Shown here one piece after another: positions 18,182-24,220 of a stretch of DNA of 24,379 nt. Source of the stretch: a virus (taxonomy: Duplodnaviria; Caudoviricetes). Each line of letters opens with the position of its first letter. The stretch's first letter is position 1. The notes beneath the pieces are model-generated. The model searched no databases. It worked only from the letters and a program-made list of their open reading frames with translations, and was not told the origin of the DNA. Both the position numbers and the translations under genes were made by a program. Location: IMG/VR virus record IMGVR_UViG_3300030329_001583, positions 1 to 24,379 of that record; one strand, given 5' to 3'.

Positions 18182-19060
18182 TTACCTTTCTTGTGCGAAG
18201 CGCACGTTGTTGATTCCCTTCGGGCACATGCCACACTCGACACACGCCCCCACTCCGACACGATCAGGCACACGCTTTACGCCTGCCTTCTCCGCATCAG
18301 ACCTACGGGCAGCCCGCTCATCGTCGGACTCCCACACAATCAAAGGCACCTTGCCCGTCAACTCGGGACAGCGTGGCCCCTTGCGTTGCTTCGGGAACAA
18401 GGCAGCGATCTCCTCCGTCTCCTGCCACGTGTCACCACAGAAGGCGTACTTCACCCACCCCTTCGGATCTATCTCCTGAACCTGACGGGCCGTGTCCACG
18501 TTGTGCCTGTCCACCGACAGGTACACCACCAGGTTGGGTGCGGGTACACAGTTCGCTATGAAGGTACGCACCAGCATGTGCCCCCTCGTATACAGAAACA
18601 CCTGCATGTCAGGGTGGTACCTCGCCACCTGATCCCACGCCTGCAACTCCTCGAACGAATCCAACTCGCCATCCCAATGCGGACGGTAGAACCTGTCCGA
18701 TACAGGCACGCCACGCTTGATCATCTGGACCTCAGCATCATGGACGAGGCGATCAAACAGGGGCACCAACTCATCGAACGACCTGCCCCTGGTCAGGTCG
18801 GTGTTGTGGGTCAGCAGTGCATGCACGTTCGGGTACACCTCCGCTGCCCCCGCATAGCACCCCTCGCAGAACGGGGTCGTCCACTTGCACTCAGAGCTGA
18901 GGGTGCCGAACGAGTTCTTCACCACCACCTCAGCCTCATGCCCGCCTGCCTTCTTCTGATGCATCCACGGTGACAACTTCCTGTTACCGCTCGGCTTGAG
19001 TGGGACGGGTGCCCACACCTTGCCGATGTGGACAGCCTGCTCGCTAGTAGTAGAGGTCAT
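18182..19060 (-). CDS. GP88-family-like Cys-rich protein (possible radical-SAM-like Fe-S enzyme)
   Basis: 'GNRKL', C-x6-C-x2-C-YA, 'RPHWDGE', 'FLYTR', 'PNLVVYLSVD', C-terminal CP...CxxCxxC. Family assigned from recall. Confidence 0.75.
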   Translation of the reverse strand: MTSTTSEQAVHIGKVWAPVPLKPSGNRKLSPWMHQKKAGGHEAEVVVKNSFGTLSSECKWTTPFCEGCYAGAAEVYPNVHALLTHNTDLTRGRSFDELVPLFDRLVHDAEVQMIKRGVPVSDRFYRPHWDGELDSFEELQAWDQVARYHPDMQVFLYTRGHMLVRTFIANCVPAPNLVVYLSVDRHNVDTARQVQEIDPKGWVKYAFCGDTWQETEEIAALFPKQRKGPRCPELTGKVPLIVWESDDERAARRSDAEKAGVKRVPDRVGVGACVECGMCPKGINNVRFAQER

Positions 19061-19268
19061 ACAGTTTCCCCTTCCTCCATCCCAGCATCCACCCCGACGA
19101 GTTCATCTCGGGGTCACCAGACGGCCACAACTTCGAGCCGTCATCCAACAGGATGCAGACAGCAGCCTCGTCCTGCCATGCCTCCCAACCACAGGCGTCC
19201 ATCTCCGACTTGTGGAGTGGACGCACCGCAATAATGCGTCGGCCTATCGGCCATTCCTGGTTGCTCAT
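19044..19268 (-). CDS. Hypothetical protein (74 aa)
   Basis: GGAGGAG RBS, ATGA coupling. Confidence 0.7.
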   Translation of the reverse strand: MSNQEWPIGRRIIAVRPLHKSEMDACGWEAWQDEAAVCILLDDGSKLWPSGDPEMNSSGWMLGWRKGKLYDLYY

Positions 19269-19510
19269 ATCTCTCCTCCGTTATCCATTATTAGTTGCGC
19301 GATGTGCTTAGTCATGTCCTCCACGAGGGCCTCGATCTTGCGCTCCACCCCCACAGGTGCCATCTCATACAGTTCGCTCAGCTTCGAATCCCAAGCGATC
19401 CCCTCCGCCTTGTCGTTGGCATCATCCCACCTCTCCTCCTCCGCCAGGTGTGCGTTTAGTTCCCTGTCCTCCCACGCACCCAACGTACGGTCAAACGCTG
19501 CGTCATCCAT
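19265..19510 (-). CDS. Acidic hypothetical protein (81 aa)
   Basis: AGGAGG RBS. Confidence 0.7.
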   Translation of the reverse strand: MDDAAFDRTLGAWEDRELNAHLAEEERWDDANDKAEGIAWDSKLSELYEMAPVGVERKIEALVEDMTKHIAQLIMDNGGEI

Positions 19511-19766
19511 CGTGTGCCTCCTTGTAGTACCTAGTCATGGCCTCCATGTATGAGTCGAACAGGGGCGACGACTTCGACAAGTCACAGATGAACTCGTCCA
19601 TCTCCCGCTGCTCCTCCGTATGGGTGCGAGACTTCCACACCCTCGCCCCCTCGATACGCAAGATGGCGGCATTAGCCTCCTCCTGACGGACACGATCCAC
19701 CTCGCATGAATCGTCACAGTCCAGCGGGTCGCCACAAAAGCGACACGCATCTACTTCATCGGTCAT
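19503..19766 (-). CDS. Hypothetical protein (MTDEVDACRFC..., 87 aa)
   Basis: GAGGAGG RBS; four N-terminal Cys. Confidence 0.65.
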   Translation of the reverse strand: MTDEVDACRFCGDPLDCDDSCEVDRVRQEEANAAILRIEGARVWKSRTHTEEQREMDEFICDLSKSSPLFDSYMEAMTRYYKEAHDG

Positions 19767-19878
19767 CTCTCCTCCTCTGTATGTATTCCCATAGTGCCTC
19801 GAACAGACCAAACAGGGCGAACCCTGCCAGTCCAATCGACATGATGAACCAGAACGCCTCAACGGATAGTTCGTTCAT
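19756..19878 (-). CDS. Small membrane protein (40 aa, MNELSVEAFWFIMSIGLAGFALFGLF...)
   Basis: One hydrophobic segment followed by RRR; ATGA coupling. Confidence 0.6.
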   Translation of the reverse strand: MNELSVEAFWFIMSIGLAGFALFGLFEALWEYIQRRRDDR

Positions 19879-20081
19879 GCCTCCACCCCACACGCAGCAA
19901 GGAACCGCTGCCCATCGAAGCGTGGATTGTCAGCAGCCAACCTCTCTACCAACTCCATCGCCACGCCCCGCAGCACCACCTCAGGTGTCCTCAGGTCATC
20001 GGGCCAGGGGGCGCCAGACCCGTAGAACCAGGCGCACTGCTCGATCGCCTCAGCGATCAACTCATAGTCCTTCTTCGTCAT
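19875..20081 (-). CDS. Conserved small phage protein of unknown function
   Basis: 'MTKKDYELIA...DNPRFD..RFL.AC' pattern recalled from many phage early regions; GAGGAG RBS. Confidence 0.8.
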   Translation of the reverse strand: MTKKDYELIAEAIEQCAWFYGSGAPWPDDLRTPEVVLRGVAMELVERLAADNPRFDGQRFLAACGVEA

Positions 20082-20098
20082 CGCTACTCCTCTCTCTC

Positions 20099-20124
20099 TG
20101 ATCGTTGCCGCACGGCAACGATCA
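20099..20124. promoter_or_regulatory. Palindromic operator copy 1: TGATCGTTGCCG-CA-CGGCAACGATCA
   Basis: Perfect 12-bp arms; intergenic, just upstream of an RBS. Confidence 0.75.
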
Positions 20125-20125
20125 T

Positions 20126-20203
20126 CTAGTTGCGCCCCTTCGGGGTGGTCCGCCCACCCTTGGGCCGCATGTTGTGCGGCTTCTTACGCTTCGTGCTCAT
20201 CAT
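20126..20203 (-). CDS. 25-aa basic peptide MMSTKRKKPHNMRPKGGRTTPKGRN
   Basis: Purine-rich RBS (AGGAGAGAGGAGGAGG) directly downstream of a predicted promoter. Confidence 0.55.
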   Translation of the reverse strand: MMSTKRKKPHNMRPKGGRTTPKGRN

Positions 20204-20345
20204 CCTCCTCCTCTCTCCTACTAGACACTAGTTTACTGGACAAGGTGGCACCGTTCAAGGATGCGCGGCACCTGGCCAACCACACCCGCGCCTCCTCCAC
20301 AGACACAGGCTCCCCCGCAACAGGAAACAAACGATCCTGGCTCAT
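20184..20345 (-). CDS. Small hypothetical protein (53 aa, MSQDRLFPV...)
   Basis: GGGGAGG RBS, ATGA coupling. Confidence 0.55.
   Translation of the reverse strand: MSQDRLFPVAGEPVSVEEARVWLARCRASLNGATLSSKLVSSRREEEDDEHEA
20230..20258 (-). promoter_or_regulatory. Putative housekeeping-sigma promoter TTGAAC-N17-TAAACT
   Basis: -35 at 20253-20258, -10 at 20230-20235, 17-bp spacer. Confidence 0.6.
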
Positions 20346-20503
20346 CGGTTCGCCTCCCCCGCCCGATGCGCCTGAAGAATAATCACCAGCTCATCAAGAC
20401 AGTGGTGCCAAGCCTCCTCGGACAGACCAGCAGACATATCGCACACAGCATCAGCCATGTCCGACACCACCTCATCCAAGTTGGTATACAAACGCTCATC
20501 CAT
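20342..20503 (-). CDS. Small acidic protein (53 aa, MDERLYTNLD...)
   Basis: AAGGAG RBS, TGATG coupling. Confidence 0.6.
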   Translation of the reverse strand: MDERLYTNLDEVVSDMADAVCDMSAGLSEEAWHHCLDELVIILQAHRAGEANR

Positions 20504-20712
20504 CAGCCCGCTCCTTCTGCTCGTAGTGTCGCCCGCTGCTTAGAAAGAATCCTCTCCTCCTGCTCGATGTGCCTAGCGTGGTCGTCCTCCACCTGGCCCA
20601 CCGTCTCATGCCACTCAGCACCCGTATCCCAATCGCACCCATCGGGACACGAACAAATCCCACCCACTCCTAGCGAGCCCGCATGGACAACACGCAACGC
20701 ATGACTACTCAT
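20503..20712 (-). CDS. Small Cys/His-containing hypothetical protein (MSSHALRV...)
   Basis: AGGAGGT RBS; CxCxxxC and His residues suggest metal binding. Confidence 0.65.
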   Translation of the reverse strand: MSSHALRVVHAGSLGVGGICSCPDGCDWDTGAEWHETVGQVEDDHARHIEQEERILSKQRATLRAEGAG

Positions 20713-20750
20713 ACCGTCCACCTCCTAGTGGATATGCGGCCACCTCCTAG

Positions 20751-20776
20751 TGATCGTTGCCGCACGGCAACGACCA
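20751..20776. promoter_or_regulatory. Palindromic operator copy 2: TGATCGTTGCCG-CA-CGGCAACGACCA
   Basis: 25/26 identical to copy 1; intergenic. Confidence 0.75.
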
Positions 20777-20795
20777 ACCTGGAAGGGCCAGGTCG

Positions 20796-20835
20796 AAAAA
20801 GAAAACGAGAAAAGGCGGACCCGATTGGGTCCGCC
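20796..20835 (-). terminator. Rho-independent terminator
   Basis: Minus strand GGCGGACCC-AATC-GGGTCCGCC followed by TTTTCTCGTTTTCTTTTT, 22 nt after the stop of 20858..21565. Confidence 0.85.
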
Positions 20836-20857
20836 CGTTCTCTGTTGTGACTACCGA

Positions 20858-21565
20858 TCAGACGCTAACGTCTGCCTTACGGGTGAGTGTCCACCCGATA
20901 GCAACGGCAAAGTTTTCTACGGCACGCTTGCCAGCGTCCATGTCTGACGGATCGGACCCATCATGGGCCGCAGTAGCGGCAACAACTGCCGCTACCAGTT
21001 CGTCGCCCGTGATGGATGTCACGGCGGGACCGTTGACATCGGCGGCAGACGACGGCGCACCGTCACCCTCGCCCTCCTCGACGGGATCCGTCGGCGGCGA
21101 ATCCTTTAGACGGATTGCCTTGGCATGGGCCACCGCTTCCGCTTCCGTTGGCTTGTTCGTGGCCATCCATTCACAGAGTTGCGAACGGCGGGCTCCGTCA
21201 TTCTTCCAAGCCAAGGCTTGCAGTGCCTTGTGCGCACCGAACGAAACGCCCGCCACACGCACCGCCTTGGGAAAGGCGGCGGCGACGTTGCGCCACTGAA
21301 TCAGTGTGTTCGCCGATTCGTCAACGAGAGGGTTTCCCTTCTCGTCCTTGGCATCAGCGATGGCTTCGAAGATGTCCTTTTCTGACATCTTCGCACCGTC
21401 CCGCTGCCGCCAATGCTCGACGGATCGGGGGACCAGCGTTTCCAGTGCGTAGGCGGCGGCGAACTTGCCGTCCCCCACCTTGCCGCACTTGACCGCCGCC
21501 GTCCTTATGGCAGCGTCCGACGGGCACTCCCGTCCCGTTTCGGTAGTCGTGGTTTCGGTTGTCAT
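20858..21565 (-). CDS. First leftward gene; hypothetical, possible HTH DNA-binding protein
   Basis: 235 aa with its own predicted promoter and terminator. 'SANTLIQWRNVAAAFP..VRVAGVSFGAHKAL' loosely resembles LmbU/ParB-type HTH regions. Confidence 0.6.
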   Translation of the reverse strand: MTTETTTTETGRECPSDAAIRTAAVKCGKVGDGKFAAAYALETLVPRSVEHWRQRDGAKMSEKDIFEAIADAKDEKGNPLVDESANTLIQWRNVAAAFPKAVRVAGVSFGAHKALQALAWKNDGARRSQLCEWMATNKPTEAEAVAHAKAIRLKDSPPTDPVEEGEGDGAPSSAADVNGPAVTSITGDELVAAVVAATAAHDGSDPSDMDAGKRAVENFAVAIGWTLTRKADVSV

Positions 21566-21581
21566 GGTTTATCACTCTCCC

Positions 21582-21647
21582 ATCGCATAGCGACGGGCCA
21601 TGACTCACGGGCCGTAGCCCGTGGGCCACGACTAGTCACTATGCGAT
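21582..21647 (-). promoter_or_regulatory. 66-nt leader hairpin with a C(UACG)G tetraloop
   Basis: 13-bp outer stem, G-U-rich middle stem, 7-bp inner stem; ends at the RBS of gene 21565. Confidence 0.75.
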
Positions 21648-21689
21648 TGTCAACTAGCGTGCGCCGCCCCATATGGGACGACTAAGGGA

Positions 21690-21718
21690 ATACTAGGGGA
21701 AACGGGAGGACCGATCAA
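21690..21718 (-). promoter_or_regulatory. Putative housekeeping-sigma promoter TTGATC-N17-TAGTAT
   Basis: -35 at 21713-21718, -10 at 21690-21695, 17-bp spacer. Confidence 0.55.
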
Positions 21719-21726
21719 GTACCCCG

Positions 21727-21743
21727 TCGTTGCCGTACGGCAA
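21727..21743. promoter_or_regulatory. Palindromic operator copy 3: TCGTTGCCG-TA-CGGCAA
   Basis: Core TTGCCGTACGGCAA (21730-21743) is a perfect palindrome; just upstream of the predicted -35. Confidence 0.65.
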
Positions 21744-21785
21744 TCATGACGGCGCCAGTGGTCGGGCGGCAGCCCGCCTTCCTGG

Positions 21786-21800
21786 TGAGAATCATTCTCA
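21786..21800. promoter_or_regulatory. Fur-family (Fur/Zur-type) 7-1-7 box TGAGAAT-C-ATTCTCA
   Basis: Perfect inverted repeat; 12/14 match to TGATAATnATTATCA; AT-rich island in GC-rich DNA. Confidence 0.65.
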
Positions 21801-21849
21801 TTTTCGCGCTAGGGGTGATTCACGGCGCGCGGCAGGCGCCGTTAGCGCG

Positions 21850-21960
21850 GCACGTTAGGCGGGCCGCGCAAAACAGAGAACCCAACCATACGGCGCACGT
21901 TAGGCGGGCGGGCGAGAGCTGGAAGGCCGACCAAACGGAATCCAGGAGGCCAACCAAACG
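21850..21960. repeat. Direct repeats GCACGTTAGGCGGGC (21850-21864, 21895-21909) and AGGCCRACCAAACG (21924-21937, 21947-21960)
   Basis: Read directly from the sequence; non-coding region. Confidence 0.8.
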
Positions 21961-21962
21961 CC

Positions 21963-21981
21963 CAGTGTTAGGCAAACCTAA
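21963..21981. promoter_or_regulatory. DtxR/IdeR-like box CAGTGTTAGGCAAACCTAA
   Basis: 14/19 match to TTAGGTTAGGCTAACCTAA (14 of the last 15 positions); contains inverted repeat GTTAGG-CAAA-CCTAAC. Confidence 0.5.
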
Positions 21982-22140
21982 CGCCCGCCAGCCGCCGCCG
22001 CAGAGCTGTCGGGCGGGGCACCCCCCACGGGGGGCGGGGGGCCAAGCCACCCCCATGTATAGATATGGATTCCCGATGCGTTCGAGTCTCCGTCGGCTGC
22101 TTTTCGTGTGACTTGGCGAGACTATACACTGTATTGATTT

Positions 22141-22284
22141 GCGGGGGGCTCGGCCCAGTCCTTGGGGGCCTGGGCCTCGCTGCTAGCGGCTAGAGGGCGA
22201 CGCTCCGCGTCGCCCGTGCCTAGCCCTTTTTTCATTAGCGGGGGCTGTCCCACTGCGCCGTTTCAGGCATGTAGCGTGGGACAG
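22141..22284 (+). promoter_or_regulatory. Three-hairpin structured leader upstream of terS with a terminator-like T-tract
   Basis: Stems 22152-22158/22170-22176; 22195-22203/22207-22215 within GGCTAG/CTAGCC, followed by T6 (22227-22232); 22245-22253/22276-22284. Confidence 0.6.
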
Positions 22285-22311
22285 GGTTCGAGTGTTTGTG
22301 GAGGTGGTTTG

Positions 22312-22770
22312 ATGCCGCAGAATGGTGGAGGCAAGGGTTGGAGGACTGATCCTGAGACGGGCGAGAAGGTGATGCCTGATTCGTGGAAGGCGTTTTTGGA
22401 TTGGGTTCTTCAGGGGCCTGCCAGGGTTCCTGAGCACCAGTATGAGTGGGCGCGTGAGAATGGTGTCCATGAGGATTCGGTGCGTCGGTGGAAGCGTGAT
22501 CCTAGGTTTGTGAAGGAGTGGGATCGTCGTGCCGCCGAGTTGAACATTCATCCTGAGCGTACGCAGTCGGTGATTGATGCGTTGCATCAGCAGGCGGTGG
22601 CTGGTTCGACGCAGGCTGCGTCGTTGTATTTGCAGTACATCGAGAAGTTCACGCCGAAGCGTCGTGTGGTGGTTGATGATGAGCGTGAGGTGGCTGGTTT
22701 GTCGGATTTGGAGTTGGCTGATGAGTTGGCTGGTTTGGTCGCGGAGTTTCGCGGGGAGGATGTTCGGTGA
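22312..22770 (+). CDS. terS: Terminase small subunit (HTH-type)
   Basis: GGAGGT RBS; HTH 'QYEWARENGVHEDSVRRWKRDPRF', 'ALHQQAVAGSTQAASLYL', 'LSDLEL' tail; first gene of the packaging operon. Confidence 0.75.
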   Translation: MPQNGGGKGWRTDPETGEKVMPDSWKAFLDWVLQGPARVPEHQYEWARENGVHEDSVRRWKRDPRFVKEWDRRAAELNIHPERTQSVIDALHQQAVAGSTQAASLYLQYIEKFTPKRRVVVDDEREVAGLSDLELADELAGLVAEFRGEDVR

Positions 22771-22967
22771 GCGATGTTTGGTTCCCGTATGCTGAGGAGC
22801 GTGCGGAGCAGCGTTTCGACCCTGATGGGGATTTGTTTTGGCGTGAGGAGGCTTTTGGGGAGCGTCCCGTGTTGGGTCCGTGGGGCGATCCGTTTCATGG
22901 CCCTGATGCCGATGAGGTGTTGGAGTGCGGTTTGGAGAACCCTGAGGTGTGTGAGGCGTGCGATTGA
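22767..22967 (+). CDS. Acidic 66-aa protein ending in C-x7-CxxC (ECGLENPEVCEACD)
   Basis: GGAGG RBS, GTGA coupling to terS. Confidence 0.7.
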   Translation: MSDVWFPYAEERAEQRFDPDGDLFWREEAFGERPVLGPWGDPFHGPDADEVLECGLENPEVCEACD

Positions 22968-23062
22968 AGTGGGTCGTGTGCCTTTCGGTCACGGCGGCGT
23001 TTATGTCTGTGGCATTTCTGGTTTGGGGATTGGGCCAGACGTTTCGGTCGTTGTTCGAGTAG
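22964..23062 (+). CDS. 32-aa hydrophobic peptide (MKWVVCLSVTAAFMSVAFLVWGLGQTFRSLFE)
   Basis: TTG start overlapping the upstream TGA; its stop abuts the ferredoxin ATG. Confidence 0.55.
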   Translation: MKWVVCLSVTAAFMSVAFLVWGLGQTFRSLFE

Positions 23063-23332
23063 ATGAAAGTTTGGATTGACCAAGACCTTTGCACGGGGGA
23101 CGGGATTTGTGTTGAGATTTGTCCGTCGGTGTTCGACATGCACGAGGATGGTTTGGCGTATGTCAAGGAAGCCGACTGGCCTACGCTTTACGGACCAGAT
23201 GGTTCTCCACGGGGTGAACCCGTTTATCAGATGGCCGAAGGGCAGGCGGTAGTTCCTGAAGGGGATGTTGATGCCGCTATTGAGGCTGCTGAGGAATGTC
23301 CTGGCGAGTGCATTTTTCTTGAGGTCGAGTAG
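23063..23332 (+). CDS. Ferredoxin, single-cluster [3Fe-4S]/[4Fe-4S], actinobacterial type
   Basis: 'VWIDQDLCTGDGIC' (C10-x2-D13-x2-C16) and distal 'AAEECPGECI' (C79-P); acidic, 89 aa. Confidence 0.92.
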   Translation: MKVWIDQDLCTGDGICVEICPSVFDMHEDGLAYVKEADWPTLYGPDGSPRGEPVYQMAEGQAVVPEGDVDAAIEAAEECPGECIFLEVE

Positions 23333-24220
23333 GTGAGCCGTCTCGGCGAGCTGCGCCAGGAGGCGGAGTGGCGTAAGTGCGTTCGTGACGAAAAGTATTT
23401 TTTGCGGACGTATTGGCATATTGCCCATCCTGCGCATGGCCGCATCTTGTTCGATTTGAGGCGTGCTCAGGCTGACGCCATCGACCATTGGGATAGTAAC
23501 CGTTATTCTTTGACGTTGAAGGCCCGTCAGATCGGCTGGTCTACGTTGGTGGCGGCGCACCAGTTTTGGTTGGCGTTTTTTCATCCTGATCAGAACATTA
23601 TTGATTTGTCTCGTACGGAGCGTGAGGCTGTCCAGTTGTTGCGGAAGACGAAGTACGGGTTTTCGCATTTGCCGAGGTGGATGGTTGATCGCGGCCCCAG
23701 GCAGCTTGTTGAGCATCAGCAACGCATGTTTTTCGGTAATGGTTCTCAGATTGTTTCGATGCCGTCAGCGTCGGATCCTGCGCGTGGCGAGTCCGCCACG
23801 CTTATCGTGGTGGACGAGTGGGCGTTCTTGCCGAACCCCGAGGAGGCGTGGGCTTCTATCGAGCCTGTCGCGGATGTTGGAGGGCGGATCATTGGGTTAT
23901 CGACCGCGAATGGATCAGGAAACTTTTTTCACCATCTTTGGGTGGGGGCGAGCACGGGGAACAACAAGTTTGAACCCATGTTCTACCCGTGGTCTGCCAC
24001 GGAGGATCGTGACGATTCGTGGTATGAATCGAAGGTTGAGTCGATGTTGCCGTGGCAGTTGGCTCAGGAGTATCCGACGACGCCTGAGGAGGCGTTTGTA
24101 AAGTCGGGGAATCCCGTGTTCGATTTGGATGTGTTGGACGACATGATGGTGCGTTGCCGCCCTGGGTTGTCGGGGTATTTGCACGAGTTGTCGGCCAGGT
24201 CTGTGGAGTTCAGGTCGTGA
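23333..24220 (+). CDS. terL: Terminase large subunit, N-terminal ATPase domain
   Basis: Walker A-like LKARQIGWST, Walker B LIVVDEWAF, coupling motif LSTANG, 'QEYPTTPEEAF..SG.PVF'. Confidence 0.9.
   Translation: MSRLGELRQEAEWRKCVRDEKYFLRTYWHIAHPAHGRILFDLRRAQADAIDHWDSNRYSLTLKARQIGWSTLVAAHQFWLAFFHPDQNIIDLSRTEREAVQLLRKTKYGFSHLPRWMVDRGPRQLVEHQQRMFFGNGSQIVSMPSASDPARGESATLIVVDEWAFLPNPEEAWASIEPVADVGGRIIGLSTANGSGNFFHHLWVGASTGNNKFEPMFYPWSATEDRDDSWYESKVESMLPWQLAQEYPTTPEEAFVKSGNPVFDLDVLDDMMVRCRPGLSGYLHELSARSVEFRS

Noticed and set aside
20134-20146. Short C(UUCG)G hairpin on the plus strand
   Set aside because: Short stem, antisense to local transcription and inside a small ORF.
21648-21653. Perfect TTGACA on the minus strand
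   Set aside because: No TAnnnT at 16-18 bp spacing; the TTGATC/TAGTAT pair upstream fits better.
21850-21960. Possible mini-CRISPR array (15-bp repeats with a 30-bp spacer)
   Set aside because: Only two short copies, well below CRISPR repeat length. The Cas4-like gene is a common stand-alone phage nuclease.
21746-22111. ORFs 21746..22111 (+) and 21820..22056 (-)
   Set aside because: No clear RBS, low-complexity translations, and they overlap dense regulatory motifs; the region is treated as non-coding.
20120-22230. Apparent clustering of CTAG in intergenic DNA
   Set aside because: Impression only; partly explained by TAG stops, RBS context and the elements already listed, and I cannot compute significance.
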